Shown one piece after another: positions 1 through 12,228 of a DNA stretch of 64,000 nt. Where the stretch lies: the NCBI RefSeq assembly GCF_009914755.1, contig NC_060933.1; one strand, 5' to 3'. The notes beneath the pieces are model-generated. The model worked only from the letters and a program-made list of their open reading frames with translations. It was not told the DNA's origin and did no database searches. Source of the stretch: the human T2T-CHM13v2.0 reference genome, Homo sapiens. Numbering within the stretch: the first letter of the stretch is position 1; every line of letters begins with the position of its first letter. The position numbers were made by a program, and so were the translations under genes.

Positions 1-292
1 GGCACAGGACTATGGTTTTCCTGATAATAGTCGGCCACTATGACCTGGCTGATATAGTTTAAAAGACTTAGCATTTTAAAATAGGTTAGGATCATATCTA
101 AAGACAATTTTTCTTGCAAAAAGAAGTATAGTTTGCATTTACCCTAGGAAATAACCTAACAGTTGTCCTCTTAATCTACTTCTCAGTAGCACTCAGACTG
201 ACCAATGCCCCCATACTGAAATATTTTATTAATTTTGCTTTGATGTCACCATATTTTACTGGGTATATCAGATCTTTTAGTGTGTGTATGGG

Positions 293-990
293 TGTTGTGG
301 TTTCAATGTATCCCCCAAAGTTTTTGGGTTGAAAATGTAATTCTCAATGCAACAGTGTTGGAAGTTGGATCCTAATAAGAGATAATTAGGCCTATAATCC
401 CAGCACTGTGGGAGGCTAAGGAGGGTGGATCACTTGAGGTCAGGATTTCCAGACCAGCCTGGCCAACATGGTGAAACCCCATCTCTACAAAAAAAATAAA
501 AAAATTAGCCAGGCGTGGTGGTGCACGCCTGTAGTCCCAGCTACTTGGGAGGCTGAGGCAGGAGAATTGTTTGAACTCGGGAAGTGAAGGCTTCAGTGAA
601 CCAAGATCACAACACTGCACTCCAGCCTAGGCAAGAGAGCAAAACTCTCTGTCAAAAAAAAAGAAAAAAAAAAGAGAGAGAGATAATCAGGTCATGACAG
701 CTCTGCCTTCATAAATATATTAATGTCATTATGAGGAGATTGGGTTAGTTATCACAAGATTGGACTTATTATAAAGGGGGCTTGGCACTCTCTTGCCCTC
801 TTTTGCCATGTTGTCATGTGATGCCTTCCAGTGTGGGATGATGCACCAACAATGCCCTCACTAGATGTGGCCCCTTGATCTGATGCTGAACTTCCCAGAC
901 TTCAGAATTATAAGCCAAATAAACTACTATTGTTTAAAAATTACCCAGTCTCAGGTATTCTGCATAGCAACATAAGATAGATGAATATAA
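293..990 (+). mobile_element. MaLR solo LTR (MSTC/MSTD-like), split by an Alu
   Basis: Starts TGTTGTGGTTTCAATGTATCCCCCAAAG; ends with AATTACCCAGTCTCAGGTATTCTG..ATAGCAAC, typical of the MST 3' end. Confidence 0.8.
391..678 (+). mobile_element. AluS, slightly 5'-truncated
   Basis: Two arms and an A tail; TSD AGAGATAATTAGG (378-390) / AGAGATAATCAGG (679-691). Confidence 0.95.
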
Positions 991-1648
991 TATATACTTA
1001 ACATATCAATATATTTTAACCTTAATCTGTCAACCTAGTGTCTGTATCTTTAGAAGATTAAAGTGTACACATCCTAAAATTAAATGACCTAGGGTATAAC
1101 TGGTTTATTAAAAGAGCTGGATTCAGTGAGTTCAAGAAAAAAGCAATTTCACTCACTCTCATCTCTACACTTTTAAACTGCTCTGTTGAATTGTTCTTCC
1201 TCATCCTTGTATAAAATAGATCCCAAAGTTTTTATAATCACATTCCAGTATTTAAAAGTCATCTCTGGTCTAATGGCAAAACTTTATCGTATCCTTTGAT
1301 TCAAAGCTATTTTTTTTCCAGGCAGCTTTGACCTGAATACGTCAAAGAAACTTTCATGTACTTCATATTTAGCTTCTTTCTTCTTCTGTTTGCTTTATCT
1401 CCTGCATTCTAGGGGATGATTACGTCTATTCTGACTTAGGGGAAAGAGGTAGGTTATAGGAAATAAGCATACTGTTACGTGGCCAGCATAACTGTAACAT
1501 GACATCAGGACCACCTTTATGTCTAATGCTTAAATAGTAGCAGTTCTGCCTACCAAAGATAATTTGGGAGTTCTCCAAGATAACTATCATCAGAGACAAC
1601 ATTTTCTGTAGTTCCCCGATGAAGAGGAGGCTTCTGTTGATTAGACTT

Positions 1649-2044
1649 TGTGTTCGACTGTTCTTGTCAAGCCACACAGAAATATCTGAGGCTGAGTAAT
1701 TTATATGAAAAGGTTTAATTGGCTTACGGTTATACCGGCTGTATGGGAAGCATAGTGCCAGTGTCAATTTCTGGGGAGGCCTAAGGAAGCCTATAATCAT
1801 GATGAAAGTGAAGGAGGAGCAGGTATATCACATGTCAGGAGCAGGAGCAAGTCAGTGGTTGGAGGTGCCCCACACTTTTTAACAACCAGATCTTGTGTGT
1901 GAACTCAGAGCAAGAGCTTACTTATCACCAGGGAGATGGTGCTAAGCCATTCACGAGGGATTTCCCCCATGCCCCAAATACCTCCCACTAGGCCCCACAT
2001 TCAATGCTGGAGACCACATTTCAACATGTACTCAAATCGTATCA
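1649..2044 (-). mobile_element. MaLR solo LTR (MSTA/MSTB)
   Basis: GAGTAATTTATATGAAAAGGTTTAATTGGCTTAC, CACACTTTTTAACAACCAGATCTTGTG and ACATTTCAACATG match the reverse MST consensus. Confidence 0.85.
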
Positions 2045-3304
2045 GATTTTTATGACTTGGCCCTCCTCCAGTCTATAGCTTCTAGCTATCTACCCTATTG
2101 CTCCACTCTCTTTTGAGGTCACCTTGTCCATGCTCCCTTCCACAAACTCCAACTTCGGCCCATAAGAAACTGCCTGGTAGGATTCTAGAAGTTCTCTCTA
2201 TTTTCCATGCAGCTAACTTTATGCCACTACCACAGGTCATTCAAGCCTCTAGCCTTCTTCAGGTTTGAATTAGGAAACACTTATTATGTCCCTAAAAACC
2301 CCAAAGATCACATAACTTCTCTAAATGGTTCCATAATCTTCTCTGCACATGGCTTCATCGTAGAAGAGGAATGCACAAAATATTAACAGCTTTCACTCCA
2401 AATAAATTCCCAATTTGTAGTTACTTTTACCATCCCTCTCTTCTCCCCTCATGGAAAGATGAGGCTGGAGTTTGATAAATAACTAGTTTTATAGTGTCTT
2501 ACAACGTTCTGCTTATGATGTAGCACCTCGTCTTCTTGCCCATTGGAGCCACTGCCAAAAGCAAAGATATTCCAAAACAGTAGAAAAAGTTACACTTGAT
2601 CTTATGTTACAAAAGGTCAACCCCTAAAGAGACCTTAGGACCCATAATTCAAATTCCATACCTTCACTGTGGTCATAAAAAACAAAACAAAACAAAAACT
2701 AAGAAAGACTAAGAATCAGTGTTCAACTTTGTTACTTCAATGATAATTATAATACGCTTTATTAACTTGTGGAACACATTTTAGTAGTCATGTCTATATT
2801 AATTATTTCTTAAATTACTTACAGATATGTATTACTGGGAGAGGAAACTAGATTGGTATGCATACTTAAACATCTGATGATACGTTTTGCACAAATTTAA
2901 AATTATTAAAAGTAGTTTCACTTAAACCAACTGAAGAAGGTTGATTAAGGTGGAAGTTTGTATTCCTGAATTCTTTGGAGGCTTGCTGATTAAAGAAGTC
3001 ACCTGCAAATGTGAATATCAAATTGGGTTATGACTTTCCTAACAACATTCAATAACTTTCCTTTGCTTATGACAGTAAATCAAAACTTCCTAATTCAATG
3101 TCACAGGAGCTCCTTTTCTACGTGCTTCCTGCTTTCTTCAATAAACTTTCCTCACACTACCTCCTCACTCAGTCTTTCTGCTAATACTTGTATTCTTTCT
3201 TTTTTTTTTGGTATTCTCCATCACTTGTTCAAAATCATGCCACATTTTAACTTGCTTCATGCTTCAGATTATAGTTGCTTGGCACAATATTTTCTTGGAA
3301 TTTA

Positions 3305-4757
3305 AAAAAAATTTTCATTGCCATAGGTCATTGAGGAACAGATAGTGTTTGGTTACATGGGTAAGTTCTTTAGTGGTGATTTGTGAGATTTTGGTGCACC
3401 TGTCACCCAAGCAGTATACACTGACCATTATTTGTAGTCTTATCTCTCACCCCGTTCCCACCTTTTCCCCCTGAGTTCCCAAGTCCACTGTGTCATTCTT
3501 ATGCCTTTGCATCCTCATAGCTTACTTAGCTTCCATTTATGATTGAGAACATACGATGTTTGGTTTTCCATTCCTGAGGTACTTCACTTAGAATAATAGT
3601 CTCCAATCTCATTCAGGTCACCACAAATGCGATAACTTCATTCGTTTTTATGACTGAGTAGTATTCCATCGTATATGCCACAGTTTCTTTATTTACTCGT
3701 TGATAGATGGACATTTGGGTTGGTTCCACGTTTTCACAATTATAAATTGTGCTGTTATAAACATGCATGTGCAAGTATCTTTTCGTATAATGACTTCTTT
3801 TCCTCTGGATAGATACCCAGTAGTGGGATTGCTGGATCAAATCATAGTTTTGCTTTTTAAAGGAATCTCCACACTCTTTTCCATAGTGGCTGTACTAGTT
3901 TACATTCCCACTAGCAGTGAAGTGTTCCCTGTTCAACACTTCCAGACCAGTATCTACTGTTTTTTGATCGTTTTATTACGGCCGTTCTTGCAGGAGTAAG
4001 GTGTTATTGCATTGTGGGTTTGATTTGCATTTCCCTGATCATTAGTGATGTTGAGCATTTTTTTCATGTTTGTTGGCCATTTGTATATCTTCTTTTGAGA
4101 ATTGTTTATTCATGTCCTTAGCCCACTTTTTAATGGGATTTTTTGTTTATTTCTTGCTGATTTGTTTGAGTTCATTGTAGATTCTGGATATTAGTCCTTT
4201 GTTAGATGTATAGATTGTGAAGATTTTCTCCCACTCTGTAGGTTATCTGTTTACTCTGACTTCCTTTTGCTGTGCAAAAGGTCTTTAGTTTAATTAAATC
4301 TCAGCTACTTATTTTTGTTTTTATTGCATTTGCTTTTGGGTTCTTGGTCATGAAACCCTTGCGTAAGCTAACGTCTACAAGAGTTTTTCCAATGTTATCT
4401 TCTAGAATTTTTACAGTTTCAGGTCTTACATTTAAGTCATTAATCTATCTTGAGTTGATTTTTGTATAAGGTGAGAGATGAGGATCCAGTTTCATTCTCC
4501 TACATGTGGCTAGCCAATTATCCCAGCACTATTTGTTGAAAAGGGTGTCCTTTCCCCATTGTATGTTTTTGTTTGCTTTGTTGAAGATCAGTTGGCTATA
4601 AGTATTTGGGTTTATTTCTGGGTTCTCTTTTCTGTTCCATTGGTCTATGTACCTATTTTATATCAGTACCATGCTGTTTTGGTGACTATGGCTTTATAAT
4701 ATAGTTTGAAATCAAGTAATATGATGCCTCCAGATTTGTTTTTTGGCTTGTTTGTTT

Positions 4758-4799
<42 letters not shown>

Positions 4800-7700
4800 T
4801 ATTCTTGCTTTGGCTATGAGGGACCTTTTTTAGCTCCATGTGAATTTTAGAATTGATTTTTCTAATTCTGTAAAGAATGATGATGGTATTTTGATGGGAA
4901 TTGCGTTGAATTTGTAGATTTCTTTTGTCAGTATGGTCATTTTCACAATATTGATTCTACCCACCCATGAACATGCGACGTGTTTCCATTTGTCTGTGTA
5001 GTCTATTATTACTTTCAGCAGTGTTTTGTAGTTTTCCTTGGAGAGGTCTTTCACCTTCTTGTTTCGGTATATTTCTTTTTTTTTTTTTTTTTTTTTTTGC
5101 AGCTATTGTAAAAGAGGTTGAGTTCTTGATTTGATTCTCAGCTTGGTCACTGTTGGTGTATACAAGAGCTACTGATTTGTGTACATTAATTTTACATCCA
5201 AAAATTTTGCTGAATTTTTTCATAAGTTCTAGGAGCTTTCTGGAGTATTCTTTAGGGTTTTCTAGGTAAACGATCATATCATCAGCAAACAGTGATGGTT
5301 TGACTTCCTCTCTACCAATTTGGATGCCCTTTATGTCCTTCTCTTTTCTTGTATGTTAAACCATCCCTGCATCCCTGGCATGAAACCCACTTGGTCATGG
5401 TGAATTATCTTTTCTATATGATGTTGGATTCAGTTAAGTAGTATTTTGTTAAGGATTTTAGAATCATGTTCATCAGGAATATTAGTCTGTAGTTTTCTTT
5501 TTTGGTTATGTCCTTTCCTGGTTTTGGTTTTAGGGTGACACTGGCTTCATAGGGTGACACTGGCTTCGTAGAATGATTTAGGAAGGATTCCCTCTTTCTC
5601 TATCTTGTGGAATAGTGTCAATAGGATTGGTACGAATTCTTCTTTGAATATCTGGTAGAATTCTGCTGTGAATCCTCTGGTCCTGGACGTTTTTTGTTGG
5701 TAATTTTTTAATTACCATTTCAATTTTGCTGCTTGTTATTTGTCTGTTCAGGGTATCTAATTCTTCCTGATTTAAGCTATGAGGGCTGTATCTTTAGAGG
5801 AATTTATTCATCTCTTTTAGGTATTCTAGCTTATGTGCATAATGGTGTTCATAGTAGCCTTCAACGATCTTTTGTATGTCTGTGGTGTCACTTGTAACGT
5901 CTCCGGTTTCAGTTCTTATTGAGCTTATTTGGATTTTCTCTCTTCTTTTCTTGGTTAATCTTGCTAATGGTCTATCTATCATCTTTTCACAGAACGAGCT
6001 TTTTGTTTCATTTATCTTTTGTATTGTTTGTTGTTGTTGTTGTTTGTTTCAATTTCATTTAGTTCTGCTCTGATCTTGGTTATTTCCTTCTGCTTGGTTT
6101 GCGTTTGGTTTGTTCTTGTTTCTCTAGTTTCTTGAGGTGTGACCTTAGTTTGCATTCCTTCAGCCTTTTTGATGTAGGTGTTTAAGTCCATGAACTTTCC
6201 TTTTAGCACCATTGTCATTCAACTCAAAGAATTTTTTAATTTCCATTTTGATTTCTCTTTTGACCCAACAATCATTCAGAAACAGGTTATTTAATATCCA
6301 TGTAATTGTGTGGTTTTGAAGTTTCCTTTTGGAGTTGATTTCCAATTTTACTCTTCTGTGATCCGAGGCTTGATATCATTTCAATTTTCTTCAATTATTG
6401 AGGCTCATTTTGTGGCCTATCGTACGGTCTATCTTGGAGAAAATTCTATGTGCTGTCGAATAGAATGTATATTCTACAGTTGTCAGGTGGAATGTTCTGT
6501 ATATATCTGTAAAGTCCATTTGTTCCAGGATATAGTTTAAGTCCATTTTTTTTTGTTGACTTTCTGTCTTGATGACCTGTCTAGTGTTGTCAGTGGAGTA
6601 CTGAAGTCTCCCACTATTATTGTGTTGCTGTGTATCTCATTTCTTAGGTCTATCAATAATAGTTTTATAAATTTGGGAACTCCAGTGTTAGGTGCATATA
6701 TGTTTAGGATTGTGATATTTTCCTGTTGGACAAGGCCTTTTACTATTCTATAATATCCCTTTTTGTTGTTTAACTGCTGTTGCTTTAAAGTTTGTTTTGT
6801 CTGATATAAGAATAGCTACTCCTGCCCACTTTTGGTGTCCATTTGCATGAAATGTCTTTGTCCACCCTTTTACCTTAAGTTTATGTGAGTCCTTATGTCT
6901 TAGGTGAGTCTCTTGAAGACAGTAGATAGTTGGTTGGTGAGTTCTTATCCATTCTGCAATTCTGTATCTTTTAACATTTAGGCCATTCAATGTTAGTATT
7001 GAGCTGTGAGGTACCATTCCATTCATCGTGCTATTTGTTCCCTTTATACCTTGGGGATTTGTTTTTTGTTTTTGTTTTTTAAATTGTATTTTTGCTTTAT
7101 GGGTTCTATGAGATTCATGCTTTAAAGAGGTTCTGTTTCTATGTGTTTCCAGAATTTGTTTCAAAATTTAGAGCTCCTTTTAGTAGTACTTGTAGTGGTG
7201 GCTTGGCAGTGGCAAATTCTCTCAGCATTTGTTTGTACAAAAAAGACTGTATCTTTCCTTCATATATGAAGCCTAGTTTTGCTTGATACAAAATTCTTGG
7301 CTGATACTCGTTTTGTTTGAGGAGGCTGAAGATAGTGTCCCAATCCCTTCTAGCTTGTATGGTTTCTGCTGAGAAATCTGCTGTTAATCTGACAGGTTTT
7401 CCTTTATAGGTGACCTGATGCTTTTGTCTCACAGCTCTTAAGATTCTTTCCTTCATCTTAACTTTAGATAACATGATGACACTGTGCCTAGGCAATGGTC
7501 TTTTTGCAATGAATTTCCCAGGTGTTCTTTGTGCTTCTTGTATTTGTATGTCTAGGTCTCTAGCAAGGCAGGGGATGTTTTCCTCGATTATTCCTCAAAA
7601 TATGTTTTCCAACCTTTTAGATTTCTCTTCAAGAATGCCGATTAGTCTTAGGTTTGGTGAGTTTATGCCCTTTGTCTTCAGTTACTAGGTGGGTAGGGAA

Positions 7701-8630
7701 GGACCACTGGGTGGGGGCAGGGCTAGGCATGTCTGAGCTCAGACTCTCCTTGGGTGGGTCTTGTTGCAGCTGCTCTAGGGGATGGGAGTGAGATTCCCAG
7801 ATCAATGGTGTTGTGTTCCTAGAAGGATTATAGCTGTCTGTACTGTGTCATCCAGGTGGTCAGGAAAGTGGGGGAAAGCTGGCAGTCACAGGCCTCGCCT
7901 AGCTCCCATGGAATTTGAAAGGCCAGTCTCACTCCCACCATGCTTTCCCCACCAATAGCACTGAGTCTGTTTCCAGGCAGTGAGCAAGCAGGGCTGAGAA
8001 CTTGTCCCAGGCTTTCACCTGAGAACTTTACCCACCTTTCAGCTGAGAAAGCAGGTATGACTTTCCTTCCCCAGCCTGTGGAGTCTGTGTACCAGATTCA
8101 TACCCTTACCTGAGTTCTGGCCAGGAGACTTCAAATTGTTACCAAGTTCATCTAGATATTTCCTTCTCCCTGTGGCCTTTTCCCAATGCCTCTGTTTACC
8201 CTCCCGAAGGACCCCTGTGAGGCCAGGCAGAAATGGTTTGCTAGGGGACCCAGGGAGCTCACAGGTCTCTTCCTGCTTCTTCTTCTACTCTTGTATTTCA
8301 CTTGGCTCTCTCAATTGACTCAGCTCCCAGTAAGGTGAGAATCTTCTACTGTAATCTAGACCTTCAGTTTCTCCAGTGGAGGTGTGTGTTAGAGGGCAGA
8401 TAATCTCTTTCTCACTTCCACAGTTTGGGCACTCACAGTATTTGGGGGGTGTCTCCGGGGTCCTGCAGGAGCAATCTGCTTGCTTCAGAGGGTCTGGGGG
8501 TCCTCTCGGGTCCTGATGTATTCCAACAGTTGTTTTGGAGCAAAAATTCATGATGCAAGCCTCCACACACTGCTCTGTCTGTCTGAGTTGGAGCTGCAGT
8601 CTAGTCCTGCCTCCTGTCTGCCGTGATCCC
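3305..8630 (-). mobile_element. L1PB (L1PB1/L1PBa-type), 5' end intact, internally deleted, inactive
   Basis: L1PB-type 3'UTR at 3305-3600. ORF2 fragments ([19 protein letters not shown], endonuclease CLQETH) and an ORF1 C-terminal fragment (KGKPVRLTADFSAET). L1PBa-type 5' end at 8630. Confidence 0.95.
4761..4796. repeat. poly(T)36 inside L1 ORF2
   Basis: Read directly; a second T run lies at about 5076-5098. Confidence 0.95.
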
Positions 8631-9179
8631 TAATCTTTGTATTCTTTGACTGTGAGAAACTCATCGCACAAAATAGCTCTCCCAGATGTTTTCCTCCTCA
8701 AATCCCTCCATTAAATATTTGTCTTTTTCTTCTCTGAAAGTCCTGTGCCAATAATTGAATGAACTTATTTTGAATTTGTTTGGGCGAATTGCAGATATGT
8801 ATCTGCAGATTCACCTCAACTGGATTTTAAACTACTTAATCTTAAAACTTTTGGGGGTTCACGTTTTAGTGCCTAACATAGGGTTCTATGTACACATAGC
8901 AGGCTAGCAGGCTAACAGTACATTATGTTGGTGATAATTTATTATGTAAACAAGCAGAAAACATTACCATAGAGTGGAGCGCTTAAATTTCACCAAAGAA
9001 AAATACAGGGCTTTGACTTGCTGGTAGTAAGTTATGTAGTAGCATACCATGCCTTGATTTATTTCTCTCTGTTTATGTATACACTAATTGATTTCAGGTA
9101 CATCTACAAAGACATGAACTGATTTTTTCTTGCTTTGGAAATGTGTTTCTAAATATTGTAATCAAAGGTCATGTGTATT

Positions 9180-9310
9180 TAAATATATATATGCATATAC
9201 ATACACACATATACATATTCATATGTGAGATGAGTTTGATCTGTGTATGTGATATATAAAATACATATATATATATTTGTATGTGTGTACATATGTGTAT
9301 AGATAGAGAT
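9180..9310. repeat. (TA/CA/TG) low-complexity tract
   Basis: Mixed ATAT/ACAC/GTGT runs. Confidence 0.8.
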
Positions 9311-9790
9311 TATGGAGATTGTAACACCGAGCACAATACTTAGGCTCTTCTCATCAAAAAGTGGAGTCTTTCTCCACCCACTTTGATCTGGGCTGGTGTT
9401 TTAACTTGCTCAGGCCAAGGGAATAGTGGCAAGCATGGTGCAAATAGGCTTGAAAAGCACTTTCACTTTAAGAGTGTCACTCCTGGAAACCCTCTACCAT
9501 CATACGAAGAAGCTTCAGCTAGCCTACTGGAGGGTAAAACCACATGAAATAGAAACAAGTCAAATTCACTGAGGCTCTAAAAATCAACGAGGCTGTGAAC
9601 CACCAGTAGTGTAAGTGAGGACATTCTAGACAACTGTGCCCCGGTCACACCACAAACTGACTGCAACAATCAGCTAAGGCAGTCCAGATCTGAAGAACTG
9701 CTCAGTAAACCTACAAAATGGTGAACTAAGTAAATGGTTGCTACTTAGCATCTAAGTTTTGAGGTAGCTCATTATGCATTATATCCTAAA
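9310..9790 (+). mobile_element. Old MaLR LTR (MLT1G/H-like)
   Basis: CATCAAAAAGTGGAGTCTTTCTCCACCC..TCTGGGCTGG near the start and TAAATGGTTGC..CTAAGTTTTGAGGTAG..TTATGCA near the end. Confidence 0.65.
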
Positions 9791-9805
9791 ATGCTGGTTA
9801 GATAT

Positions 9806-10166
9806 TGATATGGTTTGCCTGTGTTCCCACACAAGTCTCATCTTGAATTGTAGCTTCCATAATTCCCACGTGTTGTGGGAAGGACCCGGTGGGAGATATT
9901 TAAATCATGGGGGCGGTTTCCCCCATACTGTTCTCATGGTAGTGAGTAAGTCTCACTAGATCTCATGGTTTTATAAGGGATTTCCCCTTTCACTTAGCTC
10001 TCATTATCTCTTGCCTGCTGTCATGTAAGACGTGCCTTTCCCTTTTCCATCATGATGTGAGGCCCTCCAGCCATGTGTAACTGTGAGTTCATTAAACCTC
10101 TTTTTCTTTATAAATTACCTAGTCTTGGGTACGCCTTTATCAAGAGCATGAGAACAGACTAATACA
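9806..10166 (+). mobile_element. THE1 (THE1C/D-like) solo LTR
   Basis: TGATATGGTTTG...CAGACTAATACA; 5-bp TSD GATAT/GACAT. Confidence 0.92.
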
Positions 10167-10209
10167 GACATAATCATAAATTGATTGTGACTGTAAAAAA
10201 TGTAGTTGG

Positions 10210-10510
10210 GGCAGACATGGTGGCTCACATCTATAATTCCAGCACTTTGGGAGGTCGAAGCTGGAGAAACGCTTGAGTCCAGGAGTTCAAGACAAACCTA
10301 GGCAATATAGGGAGAACTTGTCTCTACAAAAAAAAAACTAAAAATTAGCTGAGCACAGTGGCATTCTTCTGTAGTCACAGCCACATGGGAGGCTAAGATG
10401 GAAAGATCACTTGAGCTTGGGGTTTGAGGTTACATTGAGCAACGATCACACCACTGCACTCAGCCTGGGCAATAGAGTGAGAACTTATCTCAAAAATGAA
10501 TAAATAAATA
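10210..10510 (+). mobile_element. AluJ
   Basis: Diverged dimer with J-type GCTTGAGTCCAGGAGTTCAAGAC and GATCACTTGAGC. Confidence 0.92.
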
Positions 10511-11352
10511 CAGTTTATTTGGGCATATATATATATATATGACATATCTATATCTTAATTCTATATTATATATCTTAATTCAAAAGAATTTAACCGTGAT
10601 CTGAATCATGTTAAATGTGAATATCCCTAATGTCTTTGGAAACTTTAGTTTTTTTCCTTCCCTATGAAATTGTCCATGGATTTTTGTGGGTAGGTAAATT
10701 GAGAGTTTGGAGGATTACATACAGAATAGCAGTAAGATTGAAAGCAGATAATTGCAGGCCTGCAAGTAACAATAACCAGCAAAAAAAAAAACCCATTAAG
10801 CCAATAGAGGAAAGGAAAGCAAGAATAAGAGCCCAGGGGGTAAACTCATTCCTGTTTCACATTCATTTTAGTAACTACATCTTCCAATAAAATGAGTTTG
10901 ATGTGATAGATAAATAAAATATTTTACTTGGAAAATATGATTTGAATTTTGTAACATGCCAATGCTAATTGCACATTTTAAATTTTCTGTAAAGGTGAAA
11001 TTAAAAACCCAAGATGCCTATCCACAAATTTATAGCACATTTAGATCAAGTAAAATATTACAATGTATTTCTCATTAATTTGTGTTCCAAACATCTGATT
11101 TTTTCCCTAAACTGTGTAAGAATTTCAAGCTTAGGAAGTTGTATGCATGTATGTGCAAATAAAAAATAAAATAACATACATTTATTTAATATCTATTATG
11201 AACCACTTGTTTTTCCTCATGTTATTTTATCCAAAGAGCAGCTGATGAACTAGAAAGAGGATATGATAAGAGGCACCAGCTTCAGAGAGTGTACCAATGC
11301 CTAAGAAAAGTAATATAGTGGTAACTAATCTTCCTGGACTTCCTCTGATTGC

Positions 11353-11662
11353 TTTTTTTTTTTTTTTTTTTTTTTTTGAGATGGAGTCTTGCTCTGTCAT
11401 CCAGGCTGGAGTGCAGTGGTGTAATCTCAGCTCACTGCAACCTCCACCTCCTCGTTCAAGCGATTCCCCTGCCTCAGCCTCCCAAGGAGCTGCAATTACC
11501 AGGTGTGTGCCACCACGCCTGGCTAATTTTTATATTTTTAGTAAAGACAACATGGTTTTACCATGTTGGCCTGGCTGGTCTCAAACTCCTGACCTCAGGT
11601 GATCCGCCTCCATTGGCCTCCCAAAGTGCTGGGATTACAGGCTTGAGCCACCACGCCTGTTC
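11353..11662 (-). mobile_element. AluS (Sx/Sz-like)
   Basis: Poly(T) tail and full dimer; TSD CCTCTGATTGCTTT / CCTCTAATTGCTTT. Confidence 0.95.
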
Positions 11663-11669
11663 CCTCTAA

Positions 11670-11815
11670 TTGCTTTGAATATATATCATTATCTCTTGAA
11701 GCTTCACAGCAATCCAATAAAGTATATGGTATTATACATCATGAAACTGAGACAGAGAAAGATCTTATGGTCACTAGATAATAAGTGGGTAGAGTAGAGA
11801 TTTGAATCCTGTCTA
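11670..11815 (-). mobile_element. MIR
   Basis: Core ATGAAACTGAGACAGAGA..GGTCAC..GATTTGAATCC. Confidence 0.7.
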
Positions 11816-12109
11816 TTTTCTTCATATAAATGCCTGAATTTTGGTTCCTGCTGGAGGAATTGAACTGGGAATTATTTATTTAGGTTCATATAGTAGGGGA
11901 GTTTAGAGAATAATGGCTTGATTCCTCAAATGAACAGTTAAGAGCAATAGAGCCAGATATAGGTCTCAGTTTCCCATCATGCTGGCCTCTGGAAATTTAA
12001 ATAAAGCAAGCCAAAAAGGTAAAAAATACCAAAAGTTGAAAATTCCTCTAACTTATTTCTTAATTTTTGAAGGCAGCAGGCAGCAGCCAAAACATACCAC
12101 ACATCTACA

Positions 12110-12228
12110 GTGAGACGCTTACCACAACAATTCTGTGAAAAAGGTGTGGATGTTCCTATTTCACAGAAAAGGAAATAAAAGCTCAGAGGAACTAAAGAAT
12201 TTTCTACACGTCACCTGTTGGTAAGTAA
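12110..12228 (-). mobile_element. MIR fragment
   Basis: CCTATTTCACAGAAAAGGAAAT..GCTCAGAG core. Confidence 0.6.

Noticed and set aside
1426-1800. 124-aa ORF
   Set aside because: It starts in an MST LTR and runs into flank, with no recognisable domain.
4735-4800. Poly(T) as a separate retro-insertion
   Set aside because: No clean TSD or body; it fits expansion of a native L1 T-rich stretch.
4830-7495. L1 ORF1/ORF2 fragments as functional CDS
   Set aside because: Frameshifts, stops and deletions break them; the element is dead.
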